A stretch of DNA of 64,000 bases from positions 310,001 through 374,000 of the forward strand of contig CT868241.1 in assembly GCA_000165425.1 (NCBI GenBank). The letters run 5' to 3'. Under the pieces are notes generated by a model that saw only the letters and a list, made by a program, of their open reading frames with translations, was not told the origin of the DNA and ran no database searches. Both the position numbers and the translations under genes were made by a program. Below, in pieces: positions 26,732-42,400 of the stretch (its first letter is position 1; each line of letters opens with the position of its first letter). This DNA comes from Paramecium tetraurelia (lineage: Eukaryota).

Positions 26732-29680
26732 ATGTCGAAATAAAACTTAAGTAACTACATCAAATTTTTAAATCATCTCACAGAATTAGAACAAAAAGGT
26801 CTCCTCACTTCAAAACAAAAGCACCTTTTGAAAGTCAATCTCACAACAAAAGAATAAACATTAGATAAACTGATTTGCTCCTTTGAAGATGAGGTGAATT
26901 ATTAAAACTCCATACTCTAATATCTAAGCGCAATAGAACCTTAAACTAAGTAAAAATGCCATTCTTCAGGGGAAAACGAAGCTCAATTGAAGTTTAGAAA
27001 AAGGCATAATTCTCATTCTAAGGTTACTACTTTTAATGAGTCTAAATTGATAGCAAATTTGGATGAGCTGAATGATCAATTAATGAATATATGGCAAGCA
27101 GATGCTTAGTTTGTATGATTGTATTCATGACTTCTAGCTCTTTAATCAAGAAATTAATGAAAAATTAAGGAAAGTTGGAGAATTAATTAATAAAACAACC
27201 ACTTTGACACCATTAGGCTCTTAAAAACAAGTTAACAGCATAAGTGAGACTCATGTTTTGATTGATGGTTTAAGGTCACTTTACAAAGACATGAAAGTAA
27301 TGATTGTTTTAATTTAAGCAACATTTTAATGATTATTTGCGTTGTCATATTTTGTTGATGGATGATCAACTTACTACTGAGCATCTATATAAAGTCTTAA
27401 GAGCCTTCATGAAAAACTTAGTTGATGCCGATGAAGTTACATTCATAATAAACAATGAATTATACACCTCAAGAACTGAACAATTCGAAGATATTATAAT
27501 TACTCAGCAGTAACAATAAGAGATCGATCTAATTCAAGATAAAAAGCTAATTGACTTATCTTAATGCTATCCTGAGTTGGGAGTACTATTTTAAACCAAT
27601 TAATATAAAGGTAATTATGCCCTTAAAATTTCAAACTCTTCTTGCATTTTTTGTTTTCATTAAAAAAGAGAAAAAAATATCATTATAGATTCCTTTCTAT
27701 CTCTTTGCAATGAGTATTAATTCTTTGAAGAAGTCAATCAATTGGCATATTTTTTATTGGAAACCCTTAAATAAGCTAGAGTTTAATGCTTTAATCCTTT
27801 ATAACTATCTCATATGATTTAAGATATTGGAATTGCCTTTATAAGATGTTCGAAATATATATTCATTCAAAAAGTGATCGAGATGCTCAAAAATAGATAT
27901 TAGTTATCTAAAGAGAACCCTTCATTTTCAAGTGACTAACCTTTCGTTGAGTTTGATTTTAGAGACTCCTTAAATTTGAGTATATATATCTGTATGGATT
28001 TGAATAAAAAAGAAGAGATGAATGTTTATTAATAATTGAATTTGAGTTACAATAAATACTTGAAGTTTATCAAATAATGTTATGATAGAACAACATTTTA
28101 TAAATTCTTTGTAAAATCTTAGGACTCATTAATTTTTGAATTTGATAAATAGGGTTTAATAACATTTGTTTCTTAACCAATAACAAGTAAATTGGCTGAT
28201 GATTTTGGCATCAATTTTAATCCTTAGATGTTTAATGCATCTTACAAGAACATGTTCAAAAATACAAGTTTATTATAGCATATTGAGAATTAATTATAGG
28301 AGTAAAATTAATGGAAATTGACCGATAGCAATTCATCATATGAAGTATTTATGAAAATGGAGGAGAAGTACTTCAAAGGATTTTTTGTGATATTTTAATA
28401 AGGCTGGTTTAGATATGATCAGAAAGAATTGGAAGCTAATTAATGGAATAAGTTAAGGAAAAAGATTATATAATCAGAAACAAAGTAATATTTAGATAAA
28501 TTGGAACAAAAACATCCACAATTGAAAAATTCAGTGGTTCAGATGTTTAAGCCGAAATCATCATAGAAATAGTCTTTGTTTAAGAATTTCAGTCCAAACT
28601 TCAGTCCAAATCACTTAGATTAAAGAATTTCACTGAAAGAGAGTCAGAATGATAGGAAAATTCTTAAAACTAAGGGAGTGAATCACTTTTATTCAGATAT
28701 GATTACAGACACGGATATTGAAGACATTAATAATCTAAAATTTAATATTTTGCCATATAGTTGTAATTGGTTGGAGAAATAAAAAGTAGTATTCTATATT
28801 TTGAGAAGAAACAACTTTATTGAGGATTATAAAATCAATGAGACTGCCCTATGCAATTTTTTATGTGCTCTTGAGTATAAATATAATAAAAGTGGGAATC
28901 AGTTCCATAATTATGATCATGGAGTGACTGTAATGTAATGTTCCCATGCAATAAGTTTGGAGATCATGAAAACAAAACATGCTCACTTGTTAACTCAATT
29001 TACCAAATTTGCCCTAATATTAGCAGCATTATGTCATGATGTATCTCATACAGGAAGAACGAATACATTTGAGATTAATAGTCTTTCTAATTTGGCCATT
29101 AGGTATCATGATAAGAGTGTATTGGAATAACACCATGCAGCAACGTCTATTAAAATGCTTTGTGCTCCATCTACAAACATTATTCCTAATTTTAATTCAG
29201 AGGAATTTAGAGATTTTAGAAAGTTATTTATTTCTAATATTCTCTTTACTGACATTACTGAACATTTTAATCTGATCAAGAGTTTTGAAGCTCGTACATA
29301 AGAATTAAATTTTGGAACAGAACAAGATGTACGATTGATGACAGGTATTATCATTCACACATCTGATTTTGCTGGAGCAGCTAAGCCATTCCCTATAAGT
29401 AAGCAATGGAGTACTAGAGTGAATACGGAATTTTAGGAATAGTACACTTTGGAAGGTAAATTTGGTTATCCTCAATAGCCATATATGAAAGATTTAGATT
29501 AGGTATTTTAATTTCTGACATTAGTTACCGATAATGGCTAAATCTGAAGTGGGATTTTTTAAATTTATTGTCAGACCTTTGTGGGCAGTGATGTCAAAAT
29601 TTGTTGAAGATCGATTGCAGGAGAGTATTGAGAATCTTGATTACACAATTATTGAATGGGAAAAATTAATGATTAAATGA
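26732..29680 (+). CDS. Class I cyclic nucleotide phosphodiesterase
   Basis: FHNYDHGVTV, AALCHDVSHTGRTNTF, SVLEQHHA, ILFTD, HTSDF motifs in the C-terminal third; several tiny introns. Confidence 0.92.
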
Positions 29681-29696
29681 TATTAAATATAAAAAA

Positions 29697-30212
29697 ATGT
29701 CTGTTATTAGGGAATTGAGTCATTAAAAGAGAAACGTGGTTTTGGAATTGTTTGGGACATCAAAAAGAAGAATTGAATAAAAAGAGAATGTATAATCTCC
29801 TATCAATCGACCTTCTAAACGATTTAACTATCCATTATCCAGCAATGCGAGTAAATTATTCCAAATCCTCAAACAGACGCCTTCCATTCAACAACCACTA
29901 TATAAATCATCAAAGAAAAACAATGAAAGCACAGGATTAAATGAAAGCATTTGTCGTAAAGTAACAAATTTCCTACAAATAAAATAGAAAAAATTGCACA
30001 TTGATATTTAAGAGCCAAGGACATATCTTAAATAAATCATATCTCCTTATAGAGACTTTCGATCATAAGTCTCATTCGATATTGCCCCTTAAACATGCGT
30101 GGCGGCTCCTCGAAAAATCAGTCAGCCTTCATAAAATAATATATAAAAGAATTCTGTTCGAAGATCAAATAGTTTCAGAGATCTTTTCAAAAGCTAAATT
30201 ACATTCGGTTGA
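29697..30212 (+). CDS. Hypothetical basic protein (171 aa)
   Basis: Uninterrupted table-6 frame MSVIRELSHQKRNVVLELFG...KSQITFG*, starting 16 nt after the PDE stop. Confidence 0.5.
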
Positions 30213-30536
30213 CAGATTTAATATTATTGTATACTTAAATATAAATATATCAATTCGATATCCTCATATCATGTTAAATTAAAATTCCCATTTAATTATG
30301 TCATAAAATAGAAATACCCTTAACCATAAATATTCTATAATAAGACCAAAGGATTTGAAGTATGCCTAACTATATTTTAAAATTAGATATTTATAGGGTT
30401 TATTATCAAAGAATTATAACGATCATCAATAATACCTATATTAAGATTATTTTTGGTAATTTATTGATACATTAAATTAGATGAATATAAATGGATATCT
30501 TAAAAATTAATAATAAATATAAAATAGTAGTGTTAA

Positions 30537-33500
30537 TCATTTTCCTGCCTTTTATTTTAAATTAAACATGAACTCCAACTTTGCTAACTTGACATGAATA
30601 TCAATTCTGAAAAATAGTTTTCTTAAAATAATATCTTATTATCTTCTTTTAATATTCGATACTTTATCATTGTTTTATGGTTTAACTTGGAGTTTCAATT
30701 ATTTTATTGGAGATGATTCAGTCTTCTTTAAATTTGGTTCAATACTATTTGATCTTAAAGACTAAGGAATTTATGAAGTTGCTTAAATTCTCACTAATAC
30801 TGGTTCTTTGCTCTTTTAATTTGAAAATTAGTTTAAGTTAATGATATCTAAAACTTAAGCCACTGGAGTACGTTTAGTTGGATCATCTAAAATGGATTAG
30901 TCAATATGATAAACAGCATTGCTATAGTCAAGACGCTCCTGATTGATTTATCCACTTTGATAATTGTTCTCTGGAGCAACAATTTAAGTTTCGATCTATA
31001 ATTACTTAAATCTGTTAGTATCAATACTTGAACCTCTTGCACTGCTATCTCTTCTACTTCTTAAAGGAGTAAAGTTCTTTTCTGGTCTCAGAGCACTGCA
31101 ATTGATTGGTTAAATCTTAATACGAGAGACAGCTTATTTTTAATCTGAGAAAGTAATAGATGACTTATTATCAAATGCTGGCTATTTGACCTCTGATAAT
31201 TAATTGACCTTTCTTAATATTCTTGATTCATCCATTTAAACAGGTAATAGTTTAATTAATTATTCTCCATTTTCTTTTGTAGCAGACTCTATTTTGTTCT
31301 ATTCAGAGGGTTACACAATTTATATAACTTAAACTATTCTATCTTCAATTACTTATTCTTCTGAATTACTATTCAACAAAGCAATAACAGCTTTTTATTC
31401 TTTTTCATTTAACTTTTAGGGTGAATCTACCTTCTTTTCAACTATATTTTCATTTTATTTTTCTGTCAAGACATTATTTAACTCTACTTTGCTATTCAAT
31501 TATTCAATATCTGGAATAATCTCAATCTTCTATATATTTTCTTAATCCTATTTTTTAAATATATTCAATCTTGCAGGACTCATCTTCTTGGGTTAAACAG
31601 AAATTTAATCAAAAATCTACATGATATTTTATATTTTATTATTATCTGATTTTTTTTCAGTCTATAAAATTTACATAAAGCTATCTTGTTATTGATCTAT
31701 GAAATCACTGTTGTTTTAATAATCAATAACTGATTGTTATTCCATAACCTCAAATGTTTTTTTTTATTTTGAGCTTTAAATTGTGTCTCCCTTCAAAAAT
31801 GATTTTATTTATCTTTATTGAGTGTCAGGAATAACGGTTTAAGATTCAAAAGGTATGAATGAGGAAGCAGATTCTTATTCATCTTTCTAAGTTTAGGATT
31901 CCAAGACTTAATCTAATGATTTTTCTGGTTTTAACTATAGCTTAGTTATTAAATTATTTAATTTCGATTAAACAGGAGGTAAATCCATATCAGGGATCAC
32001 AATCTTTTATAACTAAATAGGATTTTCTTGAACCTAAACAGGTGAAACGACCTCCTTCTATATATTTTAAGTCTTCAATTATTCTATTCGTTTTTAATTA
32101 GGTTTTATTTCTACTTTTGTATCGAAAATATCATTAATTAAAAAGGCTTATCGTTTTAATTAGAACTTCCCTTTGTCATCATCATCTTGACAAACACTCT
32201 ATTCAAATGAGCTCTCTTCATCCAAAGTATATAAACTATTATTCTATGTTTTAAATCTTGGTTGATCATAGGTTTCTCTAATTGATTATAATTTTTAATT
32301 TATTGTGTTTTAAGATGGTGCAGCTACATTTTTAATTTGCAAAGGGATATCCTAATCTTTTGCAACTTAACCCTTATCGAGTACTTGCTATATGCATTCT
32401 TCTGTATTTGGCTGTATTTGTAAATCAAATTGTTTTTTATATTATTCAAGTAAATTAGATGGTTTGATTTTTATTTCTTCCTATTCTAAGTTTGGTTAAT
32501 TATCATCTTTCTTTAAACCTATTGATTATTATTCTTGGATTGGTTGTTGTTTCTCAAATTGAGGTAATTTTGTTATTTCAAGGGGAGTTATTATATCAGA
32601 CTTAGATTTTGAGTTTTTTTTATAATTAAACGTTGTTTCTATAGAAAATTAATTGATTTCTTATTTCTTTTCAGAGTTATATTCTATTTCTCTGGATTCT
32701 TATTTGTTTGATCTATCGAAAAAAGTATCAAGTATATTAGTATTTGTAGATTGACGAAATCTTGATTCTAAAGATAAATCATCTTTTCTATCATATCTAT
32801 CGGTTAATTTGTTACTGGTATCAGATCTTTCAGTTTTATCCCCTTTTCCTTATCTACTTTGTCTAATTTCTTGGTTTCTTCTTTTTGATGGAGGATCCCA
32901 TTGATCAAAAAGTTATTATTTTAATGTAGACACATTACTTCTACAAAACGTCCTCTCTAAAACTGAAATGGATTGATCATTTTAATTGATTTTTTAAATC
33001 ATTCTTAATTAAGCAGAACAGAATTAAGAATAAACATCTGAATAGATAAACCTTATTTCTTAAAATTCCTTTCTTTTGCAATTGATTGTAATTTCATTGC
33101 CATAATTCATCTTTTTGAATAATGTCTAATTCACATAGAACTGATGGTTCGAAAAATCCTCTAAATTCCATTGCAATAGGGATTTTCCTTAAATTGCAAA
33201 AATAAATTTATTGTTAGCACTAATATCCTCAAGGTTATTGATTTTTAATTTAATCATTTTATTTGTATAACAATAGGCATCTCCATTTTCAGTTAAAGCA
33301 AGACCACCAAATTAAAATAATAAGGATTTCTTAAAATATCCATTGATTCCCAATCCATTTAATTATTGAATAGGAACTTAAGTATCGTTTTCAATATTAA
33401 AAATTTTTCCGCCAACTAGTAAATTTATAAAGAAAATATGTACTTGTAATTAAAGTTAATTTTTCTTTGTAAGTGCTTATGTGTTTGCAATGACTATAAA

Positions 33501-33907
33501 TTGTTTTATTAGTTTTCCACCAAAACCCTCTTCCAGAATGATCTATTGCAGTTGTTGGAGTAATAGTCATATAATTTTTGCCCTGAACTAATTGTTTTGG
33601 TTATGAATCAATTGAATACAGATCTCCGCTATCTTTAAAAATTATATTAATTTGTACCCATCAAACAATATATTACTTTTCCGTCAGAACAAATTTGCTG
33701 GACTCCTGATAGTACATTGATTGCTTCTTATTCAGTAAATTGTGTGATCTAATCATCGCCAACTACAAGTCTTTTTAGGTTGTGGTTATTTATAAAATAA
33801 AGCTGAGCTCCCAACTTTATGGCCTAACTAAAATTGAATCTAAGTGATTAGATATTCTAGAGTTATCATTAAAAGCATACATCCAACTAATCAAAAATAA
33901 CAGACAT
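30537..33907 (-). CDS. Large hypothetical protein: beta-rich (possibly RCC1-like) N-terminus and long Gln/Ser/Pro-rich tail
   Basis: MSVIFDQLD then intron; segments such as VLSGVQQICSDGKVIYCL and FGGLALTENGDAYCL; frame continues through 31620; ends KQKAGK*. Confidence 0.5.
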
Positions 33908-34526
33908 ATTTTATATTCGTTAATATTATAAATTATCAATAATTAAACAATCTCTTATTATTCATAAATTAACTCAATATTACATCCACTCTAAACTCAT
34001 CAGGTTTTATTATACTCTTCAATTTTAATCTTACCATTTCATTAATCAAAATCTTAATGATTCATGGTTTTTGAAGTTTTAATTAGTCCTTCATAATATC
34101 TAAAAATCTAAATTATAACTATTGCAAATGGATTCTAATTTGAGAAATATTCATTTATTCCTTACTATAGATTAAGTAAAATTTGGGAATATGTTTTATT
34201 CATATTTCTATTAAATTCATATAATCGGATATAAAGATCAAAATCTTCTAAAAAATTTAACTTTGAATTGTAAAATTTATATAAGTCATAAAAGAAATCA
34301 ATTAAGTAATATATCATTTGTATTATTTTATCTTAAATCTCCCAAATGGTTTCTACTCTACTAATCCAAAACCCACAAGATTACTTCTTACTACTCAAAG
34401 TTTTCGTGAATAGAGTTTTAGATAAAATACTATTAAGAATTAAAATACATTGCATCCATCATAAAAACAAAATACTATAAGTTAATATATTTAAAACAAA
34501 ATTAAATACATTTCTAATTTATTAAA

Positions 34527-35985
34527 ATGAATTCAATATTTGAACTTTTAGATTGTTATGATGAAAAAGAAAAGGAGATCTTTGAATTGTAAATATCGCA
34601 TGCTATTCAAGCCTTAATTCAAATAAAAATAATATGATGGATTTTTTGAAATTGGTAATTGAGACCCCAAGTGACTTACATCCTAAGTATGCCTAAATCC
34701 TTTAATTAGATATCCTTTCATTGTTAGTGAATTAATGTTTGGAAGCTATGAGCAGCTACTATAAATGATGTTTGAATGGGATGGAGAACCAATTTAATAT
34801 TTGCTGACTTTCTTCAATTATCCATAAAATGACACATCATGTGGTTATTTTGAAAAAATGATCAGACCTCTAATTTTATTAAAATCAAATGAAATAAAGC
34901 CCTTTTTGGATATTTCTAAATGGATTTAATTTATTGATTAAGAATCGATACAAAATGTATTCTAAACAATATTTGCATGCAATAATTTAGATGAGAATTA
35001 CAAGCAAGATCTATTGGGGATGCTTTTAAATTAAAACAATATCAGTGAGAATGTGTTTCGAATAATAATTAAATACACAGATTTATTGCAACAATACTTG
35101 AATTAACATTAGGAAATTGTTGGTGTAATTTGTAATCAATCTCCCCCTACTTATCATCAATTATGCACTATTGAATTATTTATGGGATGGAACATACTAA
35201 ATTTAGAATGGCTTTATAATTAAATTACTTATTTGGATTAATTAGTCCATAGAAATTTTGATATTAGTAATTCAACAATGAATTTCCTATATAAACCATA
35301 AGGACTCTCAGAAATTGATTTAAAAATCATTCACATACTATCCTAAACTGTGACTAGACCAGAGACTATTAAATTTTAGAATGTGCTGTTAAGTTTGTTA
35401 ATAAAATATGAATGGAACAATAATTTATAGAACATTGCTGTAAATATGTACGATTCCATGTCTTAAGAGGAAACACCTCATAAATAATATGTATTTTTAT
35501 TATTTAACACTTAGTTTCAATCCATAATTATGGATTTTATCACAAATAATGTGAGTTTCGATAAATGTGAATTTGGGTTGAAAAGAAAAGTGGAAAGAGG
35601 TTATAGATGGGTTTTTACTAGAATTGTCAAATACTTCTCATTAAACTTCTTATAGGCTTAAGATATAAATGCTTTAGAGGGAAGATTCTTATTGAATGAA
35701 GACCCTTCTAATAATAGAGAGAAACAATCTCTATATATTCTAGAGAAGGTGTCTGAAAGAAGGACTTAATGGGCGAAGAGAATCTAGGAGGAAGAACTCT
35801 AAAAGTAAGAGGAGAAAGAACAAACTCAAATGGAAGTAGAAGAAGAGAATAACGACAATGATTAATTTTTCAAATCAAGAAATAGTTTTGGCATAAAACC
35901 AAATAATAATGAGGAAGAAGTGGAAGATGAAATTCCAATAAGAGGAAGGTCCAGTTGCCAATTCAAATAAGATGATTTAGATTGA
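34527..35985 (+). CDS. Possible divergent SIT4/PP6-associated (SAPS-like) protein
   Basis: LLIKYEWNNNLQ resembles the SAPS FKYPWNNFLH motif, followed by HNYGFIT and an acidic tail. Confidence 0.45.
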
Positions 35986-36011
35986 TTTCCTAATTTTTGT
36001 TTATTTTTAAT

Positions 36012-36452
36012 ATGATTGTCACTAAATATTTAATGAAGCTCAAACTCTAATAATCAAAGTTTAATTTGATGGGAATCGACTTAGGTACAGCTTTCACTGG
36101 GTTCAGTGTATCCTACAATCTATAATAAGTTTTAGTATATGATTTGCATTATAGTCCATGCTATTCACCACATGATTCGACACTATACAAAAGAATCATA
36201 TAGATTATAAATAAGGAAAAAATTGGAGGAATTTTGATTGGGAAACCCTCATTTGAAAAGGGCTACATAGAAGAATTTACGAAAGGCTTAGAAAGCAATT
36301 TAGTAGCTGAAGGATTAAAAACATTTATAACACAAGTTGGGGAAGATTATACAACTAAACAAGCGAAGAAAATATCTAAAACAAATAATAAATTTTTGCA
36401 TGATGGCATGGCAGCCATGCTTATTTTATAATCATTTTTAAATGAATTATGA
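36012..36452 (+). CDS. yqgF: YqgF/RuvX-family RNase H-like nuclease (146 aa, intronless)
   Basis: LMGIDLGTAFTGFSVS, IGGILIGKP, VGEDYTTKQA and DGMAAMLILQSFL match the four YqgF motifs in order. Confidence 0.8.
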
Positions 36453-39400
36453 ATATTAATTTCTATTTGATAATATATATAATTATTATGAGAACCATTA
36501 AAATTATTCAGAAGCATCTCATAATTACAAATATGAAATATAATATAAGAATAAAGTAATCTATTTTATGAAAAATTAAGAATAAATTGATGGATTAAAA
36601 TCATAATCAATAGAAGACTTTGTTCAATTTTAAGAATAAAAAATTTTCTATTTAAATATAATTTAGTGAAAATAATAGAATGTAAAAACAAGTAGAAGCT
36701 GAATTCAAAAGATAATACAATTTAATTCTTAAAATTAATAACAATTAAAATATTTTTCAGTAGTAGTCTGGCACTCTTATAGAGCTTACAGATTTTAGTT
36801 TCACGTATTCATCAATTTCGAGAGACATATCTTCAACTTAAAGATTGTAACCTTCTAGTGTATCTAAATTATATAATTAGAGACTCGCTGCTTTTGCTGC
36901 TCTATTTTATATTCTTTTAGGGAGAGATGGTAATTTTTAGTTAATGACTTTTGTGTTGTTCATTGAATATGATTTTTATCTGGATTAAGTCAATTAAACA
37001 TCTTCTCTGCTTATTTACTTTGTTTTTTGGTTTGCCAAACTAATTAATTTTTCATACTTTCTCCGTTCTTTTTCCTTAAAATTATCTGGAGATATTTTAG
37101 TGCAATTAATAGGGGAAAATTTTAGAGTGTGTTCGCTCTATTATTTACTCGATGGAGTTATTTTCTTCAAATTTCTATTTCCCCATTATTAACCATATCT
37201 CATGGGAATTACAACAATATTTAATTTCTTCTGACTATCTTTTTACGTTTCTTTCAGCATCAAGTCATAAATAATTTATTTTATGCTTTTTTGTTACGTT
37301 TTCATAGGCTTTTGCTTATAATAATAAATTATATTAAGACTTATTAATTGATTAAATAAAATAACAAATAAATTAAGGAGAGGAATAACATTAGCCAAAT
37401 TAGTAGTATAAAAATCCATTTGGATGAACATTTGCATTAGAACTTATTCTAAATTGACGAATGTTTGTTTTGCCATTTTGGTATTTTTAGGAATATTGCA
37501 AAAGTATCATATATTCAAAACTAAATAAGAAGGAGTTTGATCTGTCTATGAAATCTTTCATGTTGAAATTTACACACATCTCCAGACCGACTCTTGTTTT
37601 AAGAAATCATAAATTACATTTCTTTTATATTGAATAATTAAATTTATTTTTTATATTGTAATTTTCATATCTAAATTAATTTTCTACTTTTATCTATAAT
37701 CCTACCTATTTTCATGGCAGCACTTTAATTGATTGTCATTTTACTTTTGTATTAAATCTTTTTTCTTTTCGAATTACTTTTCATTCTTATATAAATAATG
37801 AATAAATTATACTTAAAAAGTACTATAATGATATTATATTCAGGGTAATAGATATCGAAATCTTACATTCTGTCTAAATCTACTTTATAAATATCCTCCA
37901 TACAAATATTCTTATCATAGTTTTCATAAAATACCTCATTAACTAAAGTTAAGAATTCAGTGACAGTAGGTTAACTTGGATTTTATAGTTTATTTATAGG
38001 ACTCGGATTATTTGATAGAGTAGGTATGAGTTATAGAGAATTACCCTTATTCAGCAAGTTTTAAATTTTCATATCGAAAATGTTCTTTGATTACAGTTTC
38101 TGCTATTGAATTTAAGGAGAAGTTGGTGAAATCATTTCTGGATACGATTATTCTTTCTGTCCACTTTATTTCATATTTTCATTGCACAAATCATTTAATA
38201 ATAAATTGCTTGATTCTCCAGGAAATTTTTGTTCTTTTTTTTCAAAATTTTAGTCTAAGTTAATAGAAGATTAGGAGTTTAACTCAGAGGAAAATTCTCC
38301 TGAAACTTGATTTATTTACATGTCATATAATTTCCTAAAATGATTTCGAAACTAATCTTAACTTCGTTTTTTTCTTTTATTATCTATTAATCTAAATCAA
38401 TTTTATACATAACATTCTAGGTTAATCTGAACAATAGAGATATTGATCAAAAAAATCAATCTTCTTTTTTATTAAATGTACTTTTGGGCAATTATTTATT
38501 AAATGAGTTTTGTCTTAACAATATAAACAAATTGAGTCTATTATTGAATAGTTATTATTAAATAAAATTTAATCCTTAATAAAATTTGCAATTTCCTATT
38601 ATTAATTATGATTATACCAAATCTTTAACGTTCGATGAAATTATTTTTAGAAAATTCTCTCTATTTAATTTATAAAGGAGGCAATAATCTAAACATTTTA
38701 TCAAATTCTTATTCTCTTGACCAGTAAAGAATGAGTATTAACCAAAACATTGGCCACTAAAGATTTGATGATATTCTTGTATTGTGTCTGTAAGACCACA
38801 TGCAACTTTACCTTAATAGAGAAGATAAATAGTATACTAGTCACCATATTGATTGCAAATCAATTTATCATTTGAATTTAATACAATCGGAGTTAGATTT
38901 TATGCTATTTATTGTTTAGTTGATTTTGAAAATTTGGAAAATATAGCAAACTAATTGACAAAGTTGATTAACTTTTGTTCCTTAAATTCTTAAAATAATG
39001 ACTCTTTTGCTAAACTCTACTCAAAATAGTTTTCTATGTTTTATGAATTTTCATCCCTTGAAAAAATTTAATGTAACTTTAAAGAAATTTAGGACTTTAA
39101 AGTCTAGGAAATTTTTTATTTGTATAAAAACTGCTGGAGTCTTTTCAAATCTTTAGTTTTTTTGTATGCTTAGGACATGTCGAGACAATCTAAAATTATA
39201 AACTTCAAAAATAGGATTTTGTAATACAAAAGTATTGCTATTGTACTTACATTAAAGGCTCCATGTAATAATGTATCACCTTCAGAAGTAGAATTTGCAT
39301 TTCCAAATTAAAGAATGTAATTAACATAAACCTCTATATAATTACCAATTATTTCTTCAAAGTCTATAACTTCTTTATTTAGTATAAACTCTTATCTTAA

Positions 39401-42400
39401 ATTGATACAAGTAAAATAATGACATGTAAGCAAAATTTATATTATTTAGAGGTTTAAATCACTCAACTCAAAATATAATTATTTATTAAAGGTAAGGATT
39501 ATCTTTCTAAAAATTATATATTTGATAAGTATCAAACCGATTATCTTAATAAATTCATTATCCAAAACAATAAGTACAGAAAAAATAACTACAGAAGACG
39601 TATCCAATAAAAATATTTATGAATTTAAAAAGCTTTTAAAAGTTGTGTTATTATTATTAAACTTTTCTTCTTAGCACCTTTAGAATATCTATTTATAAAT
39701 CTAATCCAAAGTACAAAGAATAATCATTAAAATATTCAAATACTTCCAATAACAATTTGATTAGTATATTTATTAAAATGGACTCACTATTAAGAGTAAG
39801 CAACAAGAAAAAAATATAATAGAATCCCATATGATATTTAATATAGGGTAAAGTGAAGTGTTATAAACTCTTTTACCAATGTTTAAAGGAGAAAACAATT
39901 CAGAATTAATAATTGTGTATTATTTGTTGTGTAAAGCGAGGTGTTATTTCAATTTATCAATAAATAAAAAAACCTTTTTTTATGTATTTTATTCCGTGAT
40001 ATTGACTTTTACATTTGTATATTACCTGTGATTTCTAAATTTCCAAATAATTCCTTCCGGTTCCTTGTGCGCTTTTAAGTCAAAAATTTCAAAGGCAGGA
40101 TTTTTATCCTCTTCTACTTAATAAGATGGCTGTCTGGGATGAGAAATTTTCATCCTTTTACCAACTCGAAAGCAATCTTCATGCGAATCCTTATTTATCC
40201 TAAACTTTAGAAAATGAAATACATTACACTTCCATCAGAAGGACTAAGAAGTAAAATTTCATTTTATATCATTTATTTTTAAATAATAATAATAATTTGT
40301 GTGACGATCTAAGGTTAATTTTAATTTTTAACCTTATAAGGAACTGAATTTATGTAAATTTTGTTTGAATGATAAAATTACTAACAATTTTTATTGAATT
40401 AAAGTTAATGTTAGAATATTAAGTTATAATATCCACTACTGCTAGGAGAAATGATTACATAAATGCTTCGTTATTATAAAATCAAAAAATAATATTATGA
40501 CTAGAGGATAAGCAAATATTTGCTTTAATAAAAATATCACGATCTTAAACTGAAATGATACTTTAGAATTTTATAAACTTTGAATCTAACTACTTTTACA
40601 ACAACTCTATTTTATACTTATTATCAACTGGTATATCCAAACTGTTTGAGATTTAAATTGTTATTTATAATTCCAATATGCATATAAATAATAAATATTC
40701 AATTCTTGAAAAAGTAAATGTAAACCCAAAAAAATTATAATCCTACACTAACATATAGCAAAAAACTAGTTTTATCCTGCTATCTATATATTATTATAAA
40801 TAGCCACAGCATTATTCGAATAAATTCAATGAATATTCTGCATAATTTATAGAAATTTGTAAAGCATAGTAAATGTAATATCTCAACAAAAATTAAGCAG
40901 AATATGTCCAAGATGATTATTCGAAGGTATGGCAATTTTTAGATTAAAGTTGTTGTCTTATCAATAATATACAAAACAAGCCCAATAAATAGGTTTAGTC
41001 TGAGTAAATGTATATCCAAAAACAAAGGGTAAGAGCTAATTAAAGTCAAAACAAGGGCACAAATATTATCATTCATCATTATTGGCCATACTTTCTTATA
41101 TCTCATATATGCTATTCCACTCATTATAGTTTAATTTTGATGGAGGTATAATATGAAAGAGCTTTTATAGTTGATTTTTTCCTTACATAAGTATTAAGAA
41201 ATAGATCGATAAACTATGTTTCAATCCTACGTAACAAACAGAATCAAAATGATGATAATCTTAGTTTGCTAGCAATTTTTCAATCGACTCATAAATTTGA
41301 ATTATCATTAAAATATTAATTATATATATTTATGATATATATACAAGCAATTAATTCAATAATTTATTAATCCTTCTAAATAATAAAGAAATATAGTGAA
41401 AATATTCATTAGAACTTAAAAGTAATTTACGAATCTATGTATATTAAAAATAATTATAAGGTTCACTACATCTAGGTTGTCTATTGCATTTCCTCCTTTG
41501 TTCTCCTCTTTCTCTTTTATTTAACTTAAATGGCTTCTTTTTTGGCTATATCTTTCCTAATTCTTATGACATTATCTTGCTTATTGAGCAATACATTCCA
41601 ATTGGTTAGAGGATCCTCTTCTTAAATAACCAAAGAATCGAAATATGTTTCATTGCATTTGACACCTAAATTTTAAGATAAACTCAATATAGCCAATTTT
41701 TACTTTTAAAGAACGCTCTTAAACATATTCTTTTCTCTTATCATTTTTTGTTTTAATTTAGTGTAAGTGCTTTCTAATTTAATGATGTAGGTAATCAAAT
41801 TGGTTTAATCACTCATTTTATTTTTATAATAAAACTAAAAAATAAAGACCAAAATTTGCAAGGTATTTTTTCTATAGTATATTTTCAATTATAAAATTTC
41901 AATTGAATTCCTTCATCCTCTTTGACTATTATGCAACTGTAATAATATCCTCATTTGCCTAAAGATCAAAAATTCAAATTCATTCTTCTGTTCAAATCAG
42001 GTATGAAATTCCATATTTATTAGAAAATTGTGATAGAACTTCTTTACCCTTTATCAAAATTATCGTGCTTAGAATTTTAGAACAGTTTATATACTCCTTT
42101 TCACTTGCGTATCTGTTCAAAATAAGGAATTATACACTGTTTAAGCCTTTAATATAATATTAAGTAACCATATAGCTATTTTAATAGTTTGTATCAAAAA
42201 GATTTGACAAAAATCATGATTTATTTGAATATCTAGAAACAGACCTATGCTATAATTGATGAGGTGCAGATTTAAACAAATACCTCATAGTTCTAAGGGA
42301 TTAAACAGTATAGATTTTCGAAGGACAAAAAAAACTTAAATTGAGGATTCTAAAGTAAGTTTAAAAGTAACTATTGTTTAATTTATTTTAAGCTCTTTAT

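Noticed and set aside
36135..36154. Intron-like GTA..TAG segment in the YqgF gene
   Set aside because: Splicing it leads to a premature TGA, whereas the unspliced frame is open and keeps all motifs.
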